DNA from: the human T2T-CHM13v2.0 reference genome, Homo sapiens
DNA length: 64,000 nt
Direction: 5' to 3' (one strand)
NCBI RefSeq assembly: GCF_009914755.1
Contig: NC_060944.1
The notes under the pieces were generated by a model that worked only from the letters and a program-made list of their open reading frames with translations, did no database searches and had not been told where the DNA came from. Shown here piece by piece: positions 13,270-26,160 of this stretch (positions within the stretch are counted from its first letter, which is position 1; each line of letters starts with the position of its first letter). The position numbers and the translations under genes are program-made.

Positions 13270-14705
13270 AATCCCTGGAAATATGACATCAAAACAAAGG
13301 CAGCACAAACGCACACACGCGAGACAGCATCAGATTAAACAGCTTCAGCACAGCAAAGGAAACAAGCAGAGGAAAACAAATATTTCCTCCGGGCAGGAGA
13401 AAATGTTTCCAGTCATACATTGATAAGGAATGGACATCCAGATACATGTGGGACTCACCAGCAAGAAAATAAGGAACTCAATTTTAAGGCAGGTCAAAGA
13501 CCTCCACAGAGATTTCTCCGAAGAAGACAGGATAATGGGAAACAGGCATATGACAAAAGTGTCCCATCAGCACTCATCAGGGAAATGGAAATCAAAACCA
13601 AATGGGCTATTGCCTCACACCTGTTAGGAGGGCAATTATGAAAACACAAAAGCCAGCCAGCGTTGGGGAGGATGTGGACAAGAGGAACCCTGGTGCAGTG
13701 TTGGTGGAAATGTAAATTAGTACAGCCATTATGGAAAACACTATGGCAGTTCGTCAAAAAATTAAAAATACAACTGTCCTAGGATCCAGCAATCCCTCTG
13801 CTGGGGAGGCACCCAAGGGAAGTGGACTCTGCACCTCGGGGAGACATCAGCACCCCCGTGTTCACTGCTGCACTGCCCACAACTGCCAAGATATGGAAGA
13901 GTCCGATGGCAGATGAGTGAATTTTACATATGTAGTGTAGATACACAGCGGAGTACTACTCAGCCATAGAAATGAATGAGATTCAGGCCAGGCGCGGTGG
14001 CTCATGCTTGTAACCCCGGCACTCTGGGAGGCCAAGGCGGGCAGATCACCTGAGGTCAGGAGTTCGAGACCAGCCAACATGGTGAGACCCCATCTCTACT
14101 AAAGGTACAAAAATCAGCCGGGCGTGGTGGCACATGCCTGTAATCCCAGCTACTCAGAGGCTAAGTCAGGAGAATCGCTTGAACCCGGGAGGCGGAGGTT
14201 GCAGTGAGCTGAGATGGTGCCTGGGTGACAGAGCAAGACTCCGTCTCAAAAAACAAAAAAGAATGAGATTCAGTCATTTGCAACAACCTGGATGAACGTG
14301 GAGGACATTATGCCAAGTGAAATAAGCCAGGCACAGACAGACAGATACTGCGTGCTCTCACTTACACGTGGACGCTAAAATTCAAGTTGAACTCATGAAA
14401 TCCAGAGCGGTAGGGTGTTTACCAGGGGCTGGAGGGGGCAGCAGAGACGCCGGCCAGAGAGCACAAAGTTTCAGCTCTAAGATGAGTAAGTTCTGGAGCT
14501 CTGATGTACAACATGGTGATTACAGCTATTAATGCATACTTAAGAACTGGAAAGAGTGGGCTTTAAATGTTCTCACCACAAAAAAATGTAAGTATGTGAG
14601 GGATGGTCGTGCTAATCGCTTCTCGAGCCATTTCACAGAGCGCACGCGCGCCGGAAACCATGTGGAACATTTTATGGAGCATTTTTACCTGTGGATTTTT
14701 AAAAA
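13270..14705 (+). mobile_element. L1MA/L1MB-type ORF2 end and 3'UTR, interrupted by an Alu
   Basis: cacagcaaaggaaaca, gaaatggaaatcaaaacca, cagccattatggaaaacac, atgccaagtgaaataagccaggcacag, ttctcaccacaaaaaa. Confidence 0.85.
13986..14260 (+). mobile_element. AluS with small internal deletions
   Basis: TSD gaatgagattca at 13974-13985 and 14261-14272. Confidence 0.95.
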
Positions 14706-16589
14706 ATGAATTAATTAAAATTTGAAACCTGAAGTTCCCAGAAGGCAGGGAGTCGGGGGCTGTGAGGCGGGGGGCGGGGGCGGCCCTGTTGGCTGCCCTT
14801 ACTGGCCGCAGTCTTCCCAAATTCAGGCTTGAGAGAGGCTGAAAGAGGGCCCTGGAACGTGCATTCTTCCCAGCACCGAGCCTCCCCTGCAGCTCTGGCG
14901 CAGGCAGCAGCCACTCAGGCGTCATTGGCTAAGATCAAGAGGATGTGCCGTCAGTACAGGAGGCGAGAATGAACCAAGACCCTTGCAGCTCCTCAGACAC
15001 AGGAAGCGCTTCCAGGCTCGGGGAGTGGGGTCCTCAAGGGAGGGGGGGCAGAGGCAAGGCTGGGGCACCACCAAATGCCAAGTGCCCCAGTCTGACACTC
15101 AGAACCAGCCCAGGAGAAGGGGAAGTTGGCTGAGAACAACCAGGCCCAGCCAAGGCCCCCAGCCTCCGGCCCCGGGACGGTCTCCCTGAAGCTCCTAGCG
15201 TACCCCCTTATTTTCTCCCGGAAATTGTCCCATGTCACCTGGCCTAGCCTGCCCTGCCTGCCGGGAGCCTCCCTCTCCTGGGACCCCACCCCCATCCAGA
15301 GGCCCTACCCAGAGCCACGGGGTTGTGAGGGGTGGGTCAGCTTCTCTGGGGGCTCCAGGCCTGGGGTTCAGCGGCGTCCTCCTGCTGGTGGTAGTAGGGG
15401 TGCTGGGGGCATGAGCCTCCTGGACTGAGCGGGGGAACCCAGGGGCATGCTGGCCAAGGGCAGTCCTGGACAGGGGTCAGCGGGGTTTGGGGGGTGGCAG
15501 AGAGGGAGGGCCTGAGCTGTGTGTTGGATGGTGACACCTCTGGTCAGGTGGAGGAGGGGCGGGAGACAGAGACAGAGACGGATAGTGAGGGTGGGAGGCA
15601 CCAGCGGGTTGGAGGCCCCGTCTTCCCAGCCCCTGACGGACCATCCTGGGAGATGCCTGGTGTGGTGGGGCCTGGCTCGGGACAGATGTGCCCTGGGCTG
15701 TGATTGTGGTGATTCCTGCTGGGTGTAAGGGGCCACCCGGGGAGCCGGCACCCACTCGGGAGGAATGCACCCTGCCTTAGGACAGGCCCATCCAAAGAAA
15801 CAGCGCTTCTCTCTCGGTGGACTTTTTAAGACAAAGAAATAGGTGCTCAGTGGACCAAGTGAGGAGCGTTTAGAAGGTGGCACCTTGTCCCGCTGCCCTG
15901 TGTCCCTCCCTCCCCACTGGGCTGTCGGCTGGTGCCCCCCTCCCTGAAAGAGCACCACGGTTTCAGGGCCCCAAGCTGCGGTGCAGCCTGCTCTCTGGGA
16001 TGGCAGCAAGGCTGAGCATTTCTCCCTCAATAATGCCCACCACTCCCAACCTGTCACTCACTCGACCGCTCCCCACAGGCAGACTCCAGGCTGTTTGCAG
16101 TTTGCTGAGCCAGGGTCGCGTGCATTCCATCTGATGACAGGCAATGTCAGGTTATTCTCCCAAAAGGCCCTGGCAGGTTACCCCACACCCAATCCTTGCT
16201 GATGTCACCTTTGCCAGCTCCCTCCGGGGACCTCTGAGACGTTTCTCCAGGACAAGGAACAGCACGAACATGTCAGCCTGCGTGGATGAAACCGGGAAGA
16301 TGGCCGCGAGCCGTGTGCCCACACAGGAGTGTGGCCATGGCTGTCGGTGTGAGGCTGTAGCTCTGTGGAAAACGCAGACCACACAGTACAGAGGCGAGGC
16401 CGTCTCCAGAGCTGGCATCATCAATGTGGCTACCATCGGGCAAGGCCAGAAGAAAATACGGAAAATAGGAAAATCGCTGCTGGACTCATGTCCTTGGGCC
16501 TTCAGCAAATTTTCTCCTTTAAAAATTTCCTTTAATACTGTGTAATGTTGCTTTTGCGAAAATAAAATTCCCGGGACAAAAAGAGGAGG

Positions 16590-16686
16590 CAGAGAGAAAG
16601 ACAGAGGCAGAGAGAGAGAGAGGGAGAGACAGAGCCCACAGTCCACCCGCAGCCCGCAGCCCGCAGCCCGAAGCCCGCAGCCCGTG
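16590..16686. repeat. GA-rich tract followed by (CCCGCAG)n 7-mer repeat
   Basis: Direct inspection. Confidence 0.8.
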
Positions 16687-17917
16687 GGGGAAGAGGAGGG
16701 CGCCTGCAGGCAGCAGGGGGAAGGCTGCAGATGGGGCTGGACCTGAGGAGGGGCTGGGGCATGGGATTCTCTGAGCCCAGAACGTGGAGAATGCCTCGCT
16801 GCAGACATGACCGGGGGCTGTGCAGGACACAGACGGCCACAGAAGCCAGGGTGTGGCCGGGGCTAGGCCTGCCCTGAAGGCTGCCGAGGCGGAGTAGGTG
16901 ACGGTGGGGTGAGGACTTGAGAAGCAGGGGACACTTTTTCCAGAGGAAGCTGCTCTCCCAGGGGTGCCTCAGTGGAGCAGAGCGAATGGAGCGAACAGAC
17001 TGAATTCACGGCATTTTAGGACGGGGGACCTGGTGTGGGGGCTTGGATGGAAAGACAGGGAACAGGATAAGCCCTGGGAAGGAAAGGGGGATGTGGCTGC
17101 CTCTTCAGGGGCCGGGGTGGGCGTCTGCCCAGGAGGGCAGCGGAGGAGGGGAGGGCAGTGCGGGTAGGGAGGGGAGGTGGCCCCACAGACGCTGGGAGTG
17201 CCCAGGTTTTCTGACAACCTCAGCCGCTTGGCTAGAGCGTCTGGAAGGATTTGCGGGGAGCATGTCTGGGGGAATCGAGGCTCTGTGACGGGTGACGGCA
17301 CAAAGGGGCCCAGCAGGCCTGGCTCCAGCGCCAGCCAGAGGAGTGGCCGGGGGATGAGAGAGCCCAGGAAGGCACCCCAGGGAGGTGCAGCACGCGCCGC
17401 CGACTCAGCCCTGGGCCCCGTACGCAGGAGCCACCCCCTTCCTGCAGATGGAACAAACCATCTGGGGTCAGGAAATTGAGCTGGCTCTTCTAATCTCCTC
17501 TAGAGCTCCACGTTCCTGGGGTTTAAGTAGAACATCCAGGCCTCTCAGTGAGCCAGAAAAGCCCATTTCTACCTTGTGATGGGGAAGATGAAAATTCTGT
17601 GAGTCTCCTACGTGGGAAAGGGTCCGGCTTGCCTGCAGGATGCTGACTGCGTGGCACCTAAACACAGAAAGTTCTGGAAGATTCCTTGCCCCTGTGTAGG
17701 CTTAAATATCGTTCACTAGCTCTGACAGTCCACCCAGGCCCTGGGCAACATGTTCCAGGGCAGAGCAGGTTGGCACAAGATGGACATGGTCATGGTGCCT
17801 TCCACGGTCACGGGACCCTGGGGACAGCAGACACCGCCCAAGAAGGAATCTCAGGGACCTGTGGGCATCCCTGTTTTTGTGCCTCTGGGTTCTATCACCT
17901 GACTTCCCCCAACAATG

Positions 17918-18095
17918 AGCTCTGCACATGGCCAGGGATCTCTGCACACGTCCAGGGAGCTCTGCACATGGTCAGCCAGCTCTGCACACGGCCAGGAACT
18001 CTGCACACCATCAGGGATCTCTGCACACAGCCAGGAACTCTGCACACGGTCAGCGAGCTCTGCACACAGCCAGGGAGCTCTGCACATTGTCAGGG
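17918..18095 (+). repeat. 19-20 bp VNTR, 9 copies, unit ~gagCTCTGCACACGGCCAGG (MRE-like)
   Basis: TGCACA at 17923, 17943, 17963, 17983, 18002, 18022, 18041, 18061, 18081. Confidence 0.93.
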
Positions 18096-21000
18096 AACTT
18101 TGAAAGGGCTGGGCAGGTCACCTTCCTTTCACCCCCAAGTGAGTGAGGCTGCAATGGGGTGTCCATGTCCTTGGACAAAGCTCCAAAGCTTCTAGCTTCT
18201 CTGAAGCTCACAGAGGTGTCAGCTTGGTGGGGAAGGTGCCAAGGCAGGGCCCTGGAGATGGGGACAGGGACTGCCCACTTCCATTTGCCAAAGTCTCAGC
18301 AAATGAAACATGAGGGAATGAATGCTCAAAGAGGGCTGCAAACAATCGCCAACAAGGTAAATGATTACATTTAATGCTTTTACTGTAAACACTCTCAATG
18401 CAATATAATCTTGCTAGTCATGCTGGGTGGGCCGGGATGAGAGTTAGCAGAAGACCTGATGGGTCTGTGCCTCGGCGGGTCCGGACTGCATGCACAGTTG
18501 TATTGGAAGCTAAGATAATCACTCACCTAACACGAGGCCCTTCCAGAATGTGAGGTCTCAGCCAAGTGAACCCTGTGAACACCTCCACCCCCAGACCCGC
18601 GGGGAGGCTCAGGAGCCAGGCAGACCGAGGCAGTTCCAGAAGCCCTTGGGCTGGCAGACGTTTGCCTCTTTGTAAGTAAGAGTGTATGCAGAAGACCTCA
18701 CAAGCAGATCACCAGCGAAATTCAGATGACCCTTCTAGAGAGGCTGTGGGCAGCCAAGGCCCCAGGTGTGGACAGGGCTGCTGCTCTCCAGGTGCTGGGG
18801 GCCCCAGCATGTCTCTTCCTGCAGCTCCATGTGCCTTTGCCACGGAGCCACCGGCATTCAGTGGCCTCTTCCCCACTTGGCTGCTATGTGTCCCCTGGAA
18901 CTCAGGGCACTCCAGGTGTCCTCAGGTCATGTCTCAGAGCTCAGGGCCATCTCGCCAGGCAGGGAAGTCCAGATTCCAATTTTTTCTACCCCACACCTAA
19001 TCTCTAACAGCAGGCTCTGAACACACAGGAATCAGTTGGTGGCTTCTAAAGAGAACATGATACCGTCATGTAGCTGCCTGTCCAGACGCTGAAGCCTGTG
19101 CTTTCACTGGACCCTAGTGCTTGTGAATGACGACCTCTGTTCTCCTGGGTCAAAACTTCCTTCACCACCGTCAAGAAGGCCACCCTTTGTCGGCGGGTTA
19201 AATGCAGTGTTATTTACATATGGTTTATCTGGGCATCTATAATCCCAGGGCGAGAGCCCACCATCCACCAGCATTTTGGAAGAACGCCTGAGACCTGAGA
19301 CCTGAGACCTGGTGCAATGGAATCAGATTCCCTGGTAGCTGCTTTTAATGGTGACAGATTCTCTGAAACAGAAAAAGATTGAATTGAGTCTGTCTCCCTG
19401 GAGTCGTCCTGCTCTGGGAGATGCAGAGGGAGGGCGGCAGGAGGGAGGACAGTGGGAGGCCTCTGTTGGTCAATTGCTAGGCTGCTGTCACCAGATGGTG
19501 GATGGCGTTTGTACAGCACTGGCCAAGGGCCCAGCTCAGCAGGGCCAGAGCCTCAGGTCATGTCGCAGGTGAGCAAAGCAGCGTGGATGGAAGACGAAGA
19601 TCTTCGTCCCACGGAGGGCTTGCTGTGCGCCCCGCAGGACGCAGATCACCGGGAAGAGCAGGAAGCAGAAGCGCAGGAAAGCCAATGCTGTGACTGAGGC
19701 GTGGCCAGCAAGCCAGGCCCTCCAGCCACACCCTGCTCCAAAGGGGCTCCGACAGGATGGACTGATGATTTCCAAGAGAGAACATGCTTTTTATCTTCTA
19801 TGGAATTTTGCTACCAAAGAGCCTCCCAGCTACCTGTGCCCTTCCCTAACCTGACAATCTTAATTCCCCCATGAAACTCCTCCATCGCGGACATTTGGAC
19901 AACTCCAGGCTGAGTTTTTCCTAAGGCCACTCTGGCCTTGTGCGTCTCTTCTTTGCTAAGCTGTGTGCCAGCCGCCAGCCCACATCTGGGTTGTACCATG
20001 ATCCTAACTCCTCACCTGAACACAGCATTTAACAGACTGAAACGTGCCACTCTGGAGCTGGGGACTTCAAGCCACATTTCGCCTGCAGCCCGATCGCCTT
20101 CAATCTTTAGCAAAATCCTCTTTCTCATGCAAAACAGTGCAGTCGTAACTTTTAAAATATTTTTTAGAAACTTTCTCTAGAGCCTCCACCACATGGCCAC
20201 AGCCTGAGACTTTGAAATAATGAAACAATTAAATGATGTTTTCATCATTTCTGAGACTTGCCCATTATCACGAAGCTGAAATGGCCATTTTTTTATAAGT
20301 CAAGGAAGGACAGGCAGTTTCAAATGAGTTGGCTAAGACATACGCCAAATTCATAGAAAATAGAAATGAACTATGACTACAGAATGGAAGCAACCACAGA
20401 AATATTAGCAGGATTTTAAGTATTATCCCAATCAAGTACTAATAGCTAAGTGAGGTCATTTTTTGGATACCATTCCTGGTCAAAGCTAGGAATGATGTGT
20501 GTTCCAGGCTGGACCCTCCAGGCAGAGGCACCGGGATCCCACGCTGTTTCTGGGTTGGCCATTAACCTGCCCCTTGACCTGACAGCGTTTCTCTCTCTTC
20601 TCTCTCTACACTTCTCTTCTGATCTTTAGATCGATTTTCCTCCAAGTGACAATGTCCATAAAGAGAGAGGGAGGTGGAAATACAGGCTGTCACATTTCAG
20701 CTCTTTAAGGTGCCTCTAAAGATGATGTCAGAGAACAGTAAGTGGCCCACAAATGTGCAGCATCTGTTCCGAGCCTCCTGAAGCCGCCCGGACAGGCAGC
20801 AGTACGACCCTGCAAGGCCACAGGGGAGCCAGGGGGTTCTCGCTTTCTTTTTCTTTTAATTATTTCCTCTCAAAAAAGAAAAAAAGAAAAGAAAAGAAAG
20901 AAAAAAAGCCCTGCTGGGATAGAACTTATTGAGTTCAGAATGTTCCAGGGCACATAATCAGGCTGCCCTTGTTCCAAGACACTGCTGTGCTCTGTAGCTG

Positions 21001-22679
21001 ACCCCCGAGTCCTCTAGGGCAAGAGTAAGGACACAGTCGGCTCCCGAAAGCTGGTGCAGATGGACCCCACCACGCAGGGCCTGGAGTTGGGCCAGACCTG
21101 CAGACCCCCTTGATGGCCTGCGGCAGGACCCTTCACCTGGGTCAAGGCCTCCTGGTGCTCCTAGGGGCCTCTTGAGGAGCCTGGGCACCAGCATTTGCCT
21201 TTGAGGACAGGACTGAGGGCCTGCATTTTGCACGAATGTACCTGAAATGTTTGCTCTGGATTTACCTTTCCAATGGTGCCTATGCAGGAATCCCAAAGAA
21301 TGCCTGGTGGGGTCTGAGGCGGGTCTCAGGCCGGGAGCCCTCCACAGGCAGCAATATTTGGCTAGAATTTAATGCCATTTTGTTTCTTTTTATCTATTTT
21401 TATGGTGACCTCTTTGTGGTAATTGACACTGACTTTTTAAAAAATAAACTTACCCTTTTAATCAAATGTGTGAATTGTTTAAAGGAAAAACATTGTGTAA
21501 ATAATGTTTTCAGGGGGTAGAATCCAGAAGTGAGTTTTGGAAACAGAGTCCAGTCCTGCTTCTGACATTTGAATTGCTTCTCCAGCATCATCACCAGAAG
21601 ATGGGCTACCTGTGCTCACAAGCCTCCTGTAACACGGAGCTCACCACCTCTCAAAGGCACCTTCTGTCAGGTCTGCCTGGAAATGCTGCTCCCGCAGACT
21701 CCGCACCTGAGGCCAGGTCTGCAGCGAAGCTCATCCACACCTGAGGCCAGGTCTGCAGCGAAGCTCAGCCCCCTTCCTTCACAGGAGAAATACTTCTGGG
21801 TGTGCACCTTCCACTCCTGGCAGGGCCGTGAGCCCCTGTGGCAGTGCCTCACCCTCTGGGAGGGACCCTCTCCATCTGGGAACAATGTGGGTACTTTTTT
21901 CTCTTAAAGGGCAGTGTCAGGAATGGAAGCAGATACCCAAAAGCAGTGGGTCTCGTGGCCTCGTGTCTGCTTCCAGAAGTGGAGGGCGGCCTGGGACGGC
22001 GGGAGCCCTGAGGACACCACCGGGGGGGTCCCGGGACCTGATACGAGTGGGCAGGAGCCCCAAGCCCTGGAGGAAGGAAAACCATTTCATAAATAACTGC
22101 ATGGGGTTGTGGGCCTTTTCTCACAAGCCGCAGCACCTCCTTCGTCTCTCCACGGTGAACCCGCCCGCCACGCTATGCCACCAGGCCAGGTCCTGCAGCA
22201 CCGCCTCCGTGGCTAGGACTTCCTCACCAGCCTGGGGCCGTGAGGTGGTCATTTCCCCCCTTACCTGACTTATCTCAGGATTCACACACACACACTTGAC
22301 TTTCGGAAACTTCTTTTAAATTAATTTCACTGACACTAAAAGGGAAGCTTTGTGGAGTGTGATTGTGGTTACCTGTTAATACTTGGCAACAATTATGAGC
22401 CCTGATATGAGCCAACTTCTTCCGTCTTATCCCCTTTGAGGACGCTCTGTTATCGCCCCCATTTTGCAAACGAGGAAACTGAGGCTCGGAGGCCTGGAGC
22501 AATGTGTTCCAGGACAGACGGCAGGAAGCCGGGGTAGGAATTCCAACAGGGAGTTCCCTCTGTGGAAGGGAACGTGGCTGGCACCTCCCTGCCTTCCACC
22601 CTCAGAGCTAGTGTGAAAAAGAAGACGGGGTTATGGAAAAGGCAACGGGCTGGAGATTCCCCGGATTCCCAGGCTAGGG

Positions 22680-24230
22680 CGCCGGTCTCACTGTGCGCGC
22701 AGGTGGGGCGCGTGCCAGAACAGGGCCTGGGGGTCAGGCCGAGACCGGCGGGCACCTTCACCAGGGCCGCCCGTGGCGTTCCCCCAGCCCCTCTGCCGCG
22801 GGCCCCACGTGGCCCCGACCCTGCGGCAGCCTTTCGGAAGGGCGGAGCTGAAAAACGGCCGCTTGGCTCCACTCGGCCCCACAGCGCCCAGGAGCGAATC
22901 CCGAGTCCGTTCGGAACCGCCTCGCCGCGTGGCCTGGGGCGGCGTCGCCACCGCGCGTTCTCGGCCTCCCGGCTGCGGCAGCGATGCCGGTCCTTGGAGC
23001 TGGAGCGGGGAGTCCAGGAGGCGGCAGCGCTCCGGAGAGAGACGCCCTGGTCCCCCGCCGCGCGTTCCCGCCTCTGTGCCCTGGCGGGGAGGAGGGGGCG
23101 GTCGCCGCTGCCATTGGCCGTGGGGGGTGAGGCGGGCCCCGCGCAGGAAACCCCGCCCCTCCCTCTGCGGCGGGGGCGGCCCCAGCGGATGAATGAAGCG
23201 GCGCGTGGCTGCCGGGGAGGCCAGAGCGTGGAGCGCTGCGCGGCGCGGCGGCCGGGCCCTCGAGACGGGGACGGTGAGTGCGCGGGGAGCGGGGAGCTGG
23301 CGCGGGTGCACAGGGCCCGACCTGCTGACGTAGGAGCGCGGCAGGTGCCGCCATCGTGGGCGGGGGCTGGAGCGCCGGGGGGATGCGCGCGGGGGCGGGA
23401 GGCCTGGGCACCGGCCGAGCGCCCCGAGCCTCTCCGCGGGGGAGGGCAGGACCGAGCGGAATCGGAGGCCAAATTCGCCGCTTCCCGCCGCCGGCTGCGC
23501 AGGTAGGAGCTCCCGAGTCGCCCGCAGGAGGACCGAGGCGAAGGGGCCCCACGCTGCAGCGGGTGCCGGGGGGAAGCGGGTGAGCAGGGGCTGCGGCCCT
23601 GGCAGGGACTGTCGGAGTGGCCGGGGCAGGTGACCTGGGCAGGTGGCCCGGAGCGCGCGCAGGCGCAGGCCCCACAGATCCAGCTGGGGACGAACGCGCC
23701 TCCGCGGAGCTCCAGAGTTGCGGAGTCACCCACCTGCGGCGGCCGCTGCTGCCGAGTCAAGGAGGAAACCTTCATGCACGGAAGTTTCTCGGGGGCGGCC
23801 GGGCTTTGTTCGCGCCAGAGGCGCTCGAGACATCTCCGGGAGGGGAGCGCGGGCGGAGCGCACAGGGCTAGTTTCCAGCAGCGGCGGCGCCCCTTTCCCT
23901 GCCCCACCACGCGACGTCCTGGCCGTGGCTTGGGGGGACCCGGGCGCCCTCCAGGTGCAGGCAGAGGGTCGGGTGCCCTCGCGTTGCTGTTGGGCTCCCC
24001 TGACCAGGGAGGATGGAAAGGAAGGAGCAGGCAGGCTTAGCTGCCCTAGACCGGCCCTAGACCGGGAACCTGGAAGCAGATCTGACTTCCACTTCCAAGG
24101 GAGAAACCGCCTCCCGCACTGGCGCCCCGAGGGGAGAGAGAAGCCCAGCTAGGTTTCCGCGTGGTCCGCGTGGTTGGTGAACCCTCAGGCTGGGGGGTGC
24201 CCCGCTTGGCGTGCAAGGCCCTCTTTGGAG
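22680..24230. promoter_or_regulatory. SLCO4A1: CpG island / SLCO4A1 promoter
   Basis: Dense CpG and very high GC; GC boxes CCCCGCCCCT (23151-23160) and GGGGGCGG (~23172); no TATA box; contains the exon-1 donor. Confidence 0.93.
23165..23273 (+). other. SLCO4A1: SLCO4A1 exon 1 (5'UTR; start approximate)
   Basis: Strong donor ACG|GTGAGT after 23273 inside the CpG island; matches my recollection of the mRNA joining to GACACACC at 37023. Confidence 0.8.
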
Positions 24231-24484
24231 CTGCCGTGGGACCTGGCTATGCGTCCTGTTTCTGTCTGGAGGCGGCTGGAACGCGGTAGTTTTCCACATC
24301 CATGCAACCAGCTTGTCAGCTGCTGCTCCTCAGCTGTGGTTTTTGGAACTTGGGTTACCTCCATCTAATCAGAAACTGGCTCTGCAGAGCCCGGTGTCAG
24401 CGACGTTTTCATTCCCAGCAGCGGGAGCAAACGGATCTCAGAGGACAGCTCCTTGGCCTTAGCCGGCTCCGCTTGTGAATCTGG

Positions 24485-24740
24485 TAATAATGACAAGGAC
24501 AGTGACAGCAGGGGCTAGGTGTTGAGTGCTGGAATGTGCCGGGCATGGTACCCCTGCTTTGAGCATCGTCTCATTCAGTCCCTAGCAACCCCACGAGGTG
24601 GCCATTATCACTCCCACTTTATAGATGAGTAAACTGAGGCACCAAGAGGTTAAGTGATTGACTCTAGGCCACACAGCTTGTAAGTGCTGAAGAGGTCTGA
24701 CTCCAGGTTTGTCTGATCCAGGCTTGGGCTCCTGTTTTAC
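24485..24740 (-). mobile_element. MIR
   Basis: cccactttatagatgagtaaactgaggcac...aggttaagtga...ggccacacagc. Confidence 0.85.
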
Positions 24741-26160
24741 GACTCTGTTCTTAAAGAGGCAAAAGGCGACTGCAGGGTCAGGCCGGAGACCCAGAACAGC
24801 GTCCCAAGAGCTGGGCCTGCGGTTACTGGGCCAGAGTGTCTGTTCTGGGTTGTCAGTGATCGCAGGACACCAGTAGGATGTTGCTCGGGCCGAGACCACA
24901 CAGCCCGACTTCCCTCTGTGCTGCTGGAGGGAGCCAGGGCAGAGGCCGGCCACTCGGTGAGACCTGGACGCTGACCACAGCCAGGCTGCCCTGACCGCCC
25001 TCAGCAGGCTGTGTCCTGCCTTCCTGCTGGGCAAGGTCAGCAGGTGGTGCCTGGAAAATTCTTCATGAGGGAGCTTCCCTCCCGAGTGGCCGTGACCTAA
25101 TCTGTAGCTCACTGGGTGTGGCCCCTAAAGCAGGTGCTGGGCAAGTCCCTCCCATGGTGGAGAGCTGGCTGGGCACGTGGCAGGCAGGGCAGGCTGGGCC
25201 AGGTGAAGGGTGGCCAGGTGGATGGACATGCTCTCCTTGCTAGACTAAGCCCAGAGAGGCCGGCTCTCCTCGGGGCTCTGATGGGCCCCTTGGCTTGACC
25301 AAGCCCCATTGCAGTTTTGGCTCCAGGTCGGTCTGACTTCCAAATGGCAAAATTTTTCTCAGCCCATTGTAGAATGAAAAGTTAACTCATCGAGCTTAGT
25401 ATTGTGCCTACAAGGTCTTCGATCCGGATGTCTCCATGAGTGTTAATCCATTTCTGGGGTGGGTACTGCTGAGCCAATATACATTCCTGGCTTCCTGGAC
25501 TCGTCCACTGGAACGTGTTGGGTCCTGGTGCTCTCCCCAGCAGATGGTTGTAGGTGGTCAGAGATGAGCCACAGAAAAGCCAACGTGCAGCCTGGTGCTG
25601 GGGGCAGGAGGGAGCAGGGCCCTTGGAGCTCTGGGAGAGAGCCACGCCAGGCCAGCCCTCCTGCTTCCTCAAGCGGGCTGTGGACAGAGGCCACAAAACG
25701 TTCCCTCACGAGCCACATGACTGCCTCATTTGCAAGTGGCAAGGTGCACACTGTTGGCTTTTGGACAAGGACATGGGACAGTCCTCAGACCTTGCTGTTG
25801 CCTTCGTTCTGGGACATGGACCACTGTCTGGCCCCCCAGTGAGCTTGCTGAGTGTCAGCTGACTTCAGGCAGGATCTGGGTCTTGCCCACTTGTTGGAAT
25901 GGGCACGTGGGGATTGCACCCCTTGAACAGGGAGGGAGGTGCCAGTAACTCACATGCTAGGTTAACAGGTTCTGGGTGACTCTGAGCCTTGGCCCTGCCA
26001 GGGGTGTGAGGAGGAAACTGGCCCTGCTGCTGGGACAACAGACTCTGGGCGTGTCCTCCTGTGGGCCTCTGCAGAGGAAGCAGACTGGGACTACAAAGAA
26101 CAACCTGGTCCTGGGGACCCTGCTGCCTTCTCTGGCCCCTGCTGGCCCTTCAGGCTACGG

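Noticed and set aside
12682-14705. Back-to-back L1 segments as a twin-priming inversion
   Set aside because: Both segments cover overlapping 3' regions of L1, which indicates two independent insertions.
16144-16570. Possible processed pseudogene ending in AATAAA
   Set aside because: No recognisable protein similarity and no A-tail or TSD; looks more like a GC-shifted old L1 3' end.
17918-18095. CRISPR-like appearance of regularly spaced repeats (also 62065-62288)
   Set aside because: Eukaryotic DNA, no unique spacers and no cas genes; these are minisatellites.
22450-23910. 486-aa minus-strand ORF and overlapping 314/323-aa ORFs
   Set aside because: They lie in the CpG island, where stop codons are depleted. 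Arg/Pro/Ala/Gly-rich, no domain, and open in several frames at once. A divergent non-coding RNA is possible but cannot be shown from sequence.
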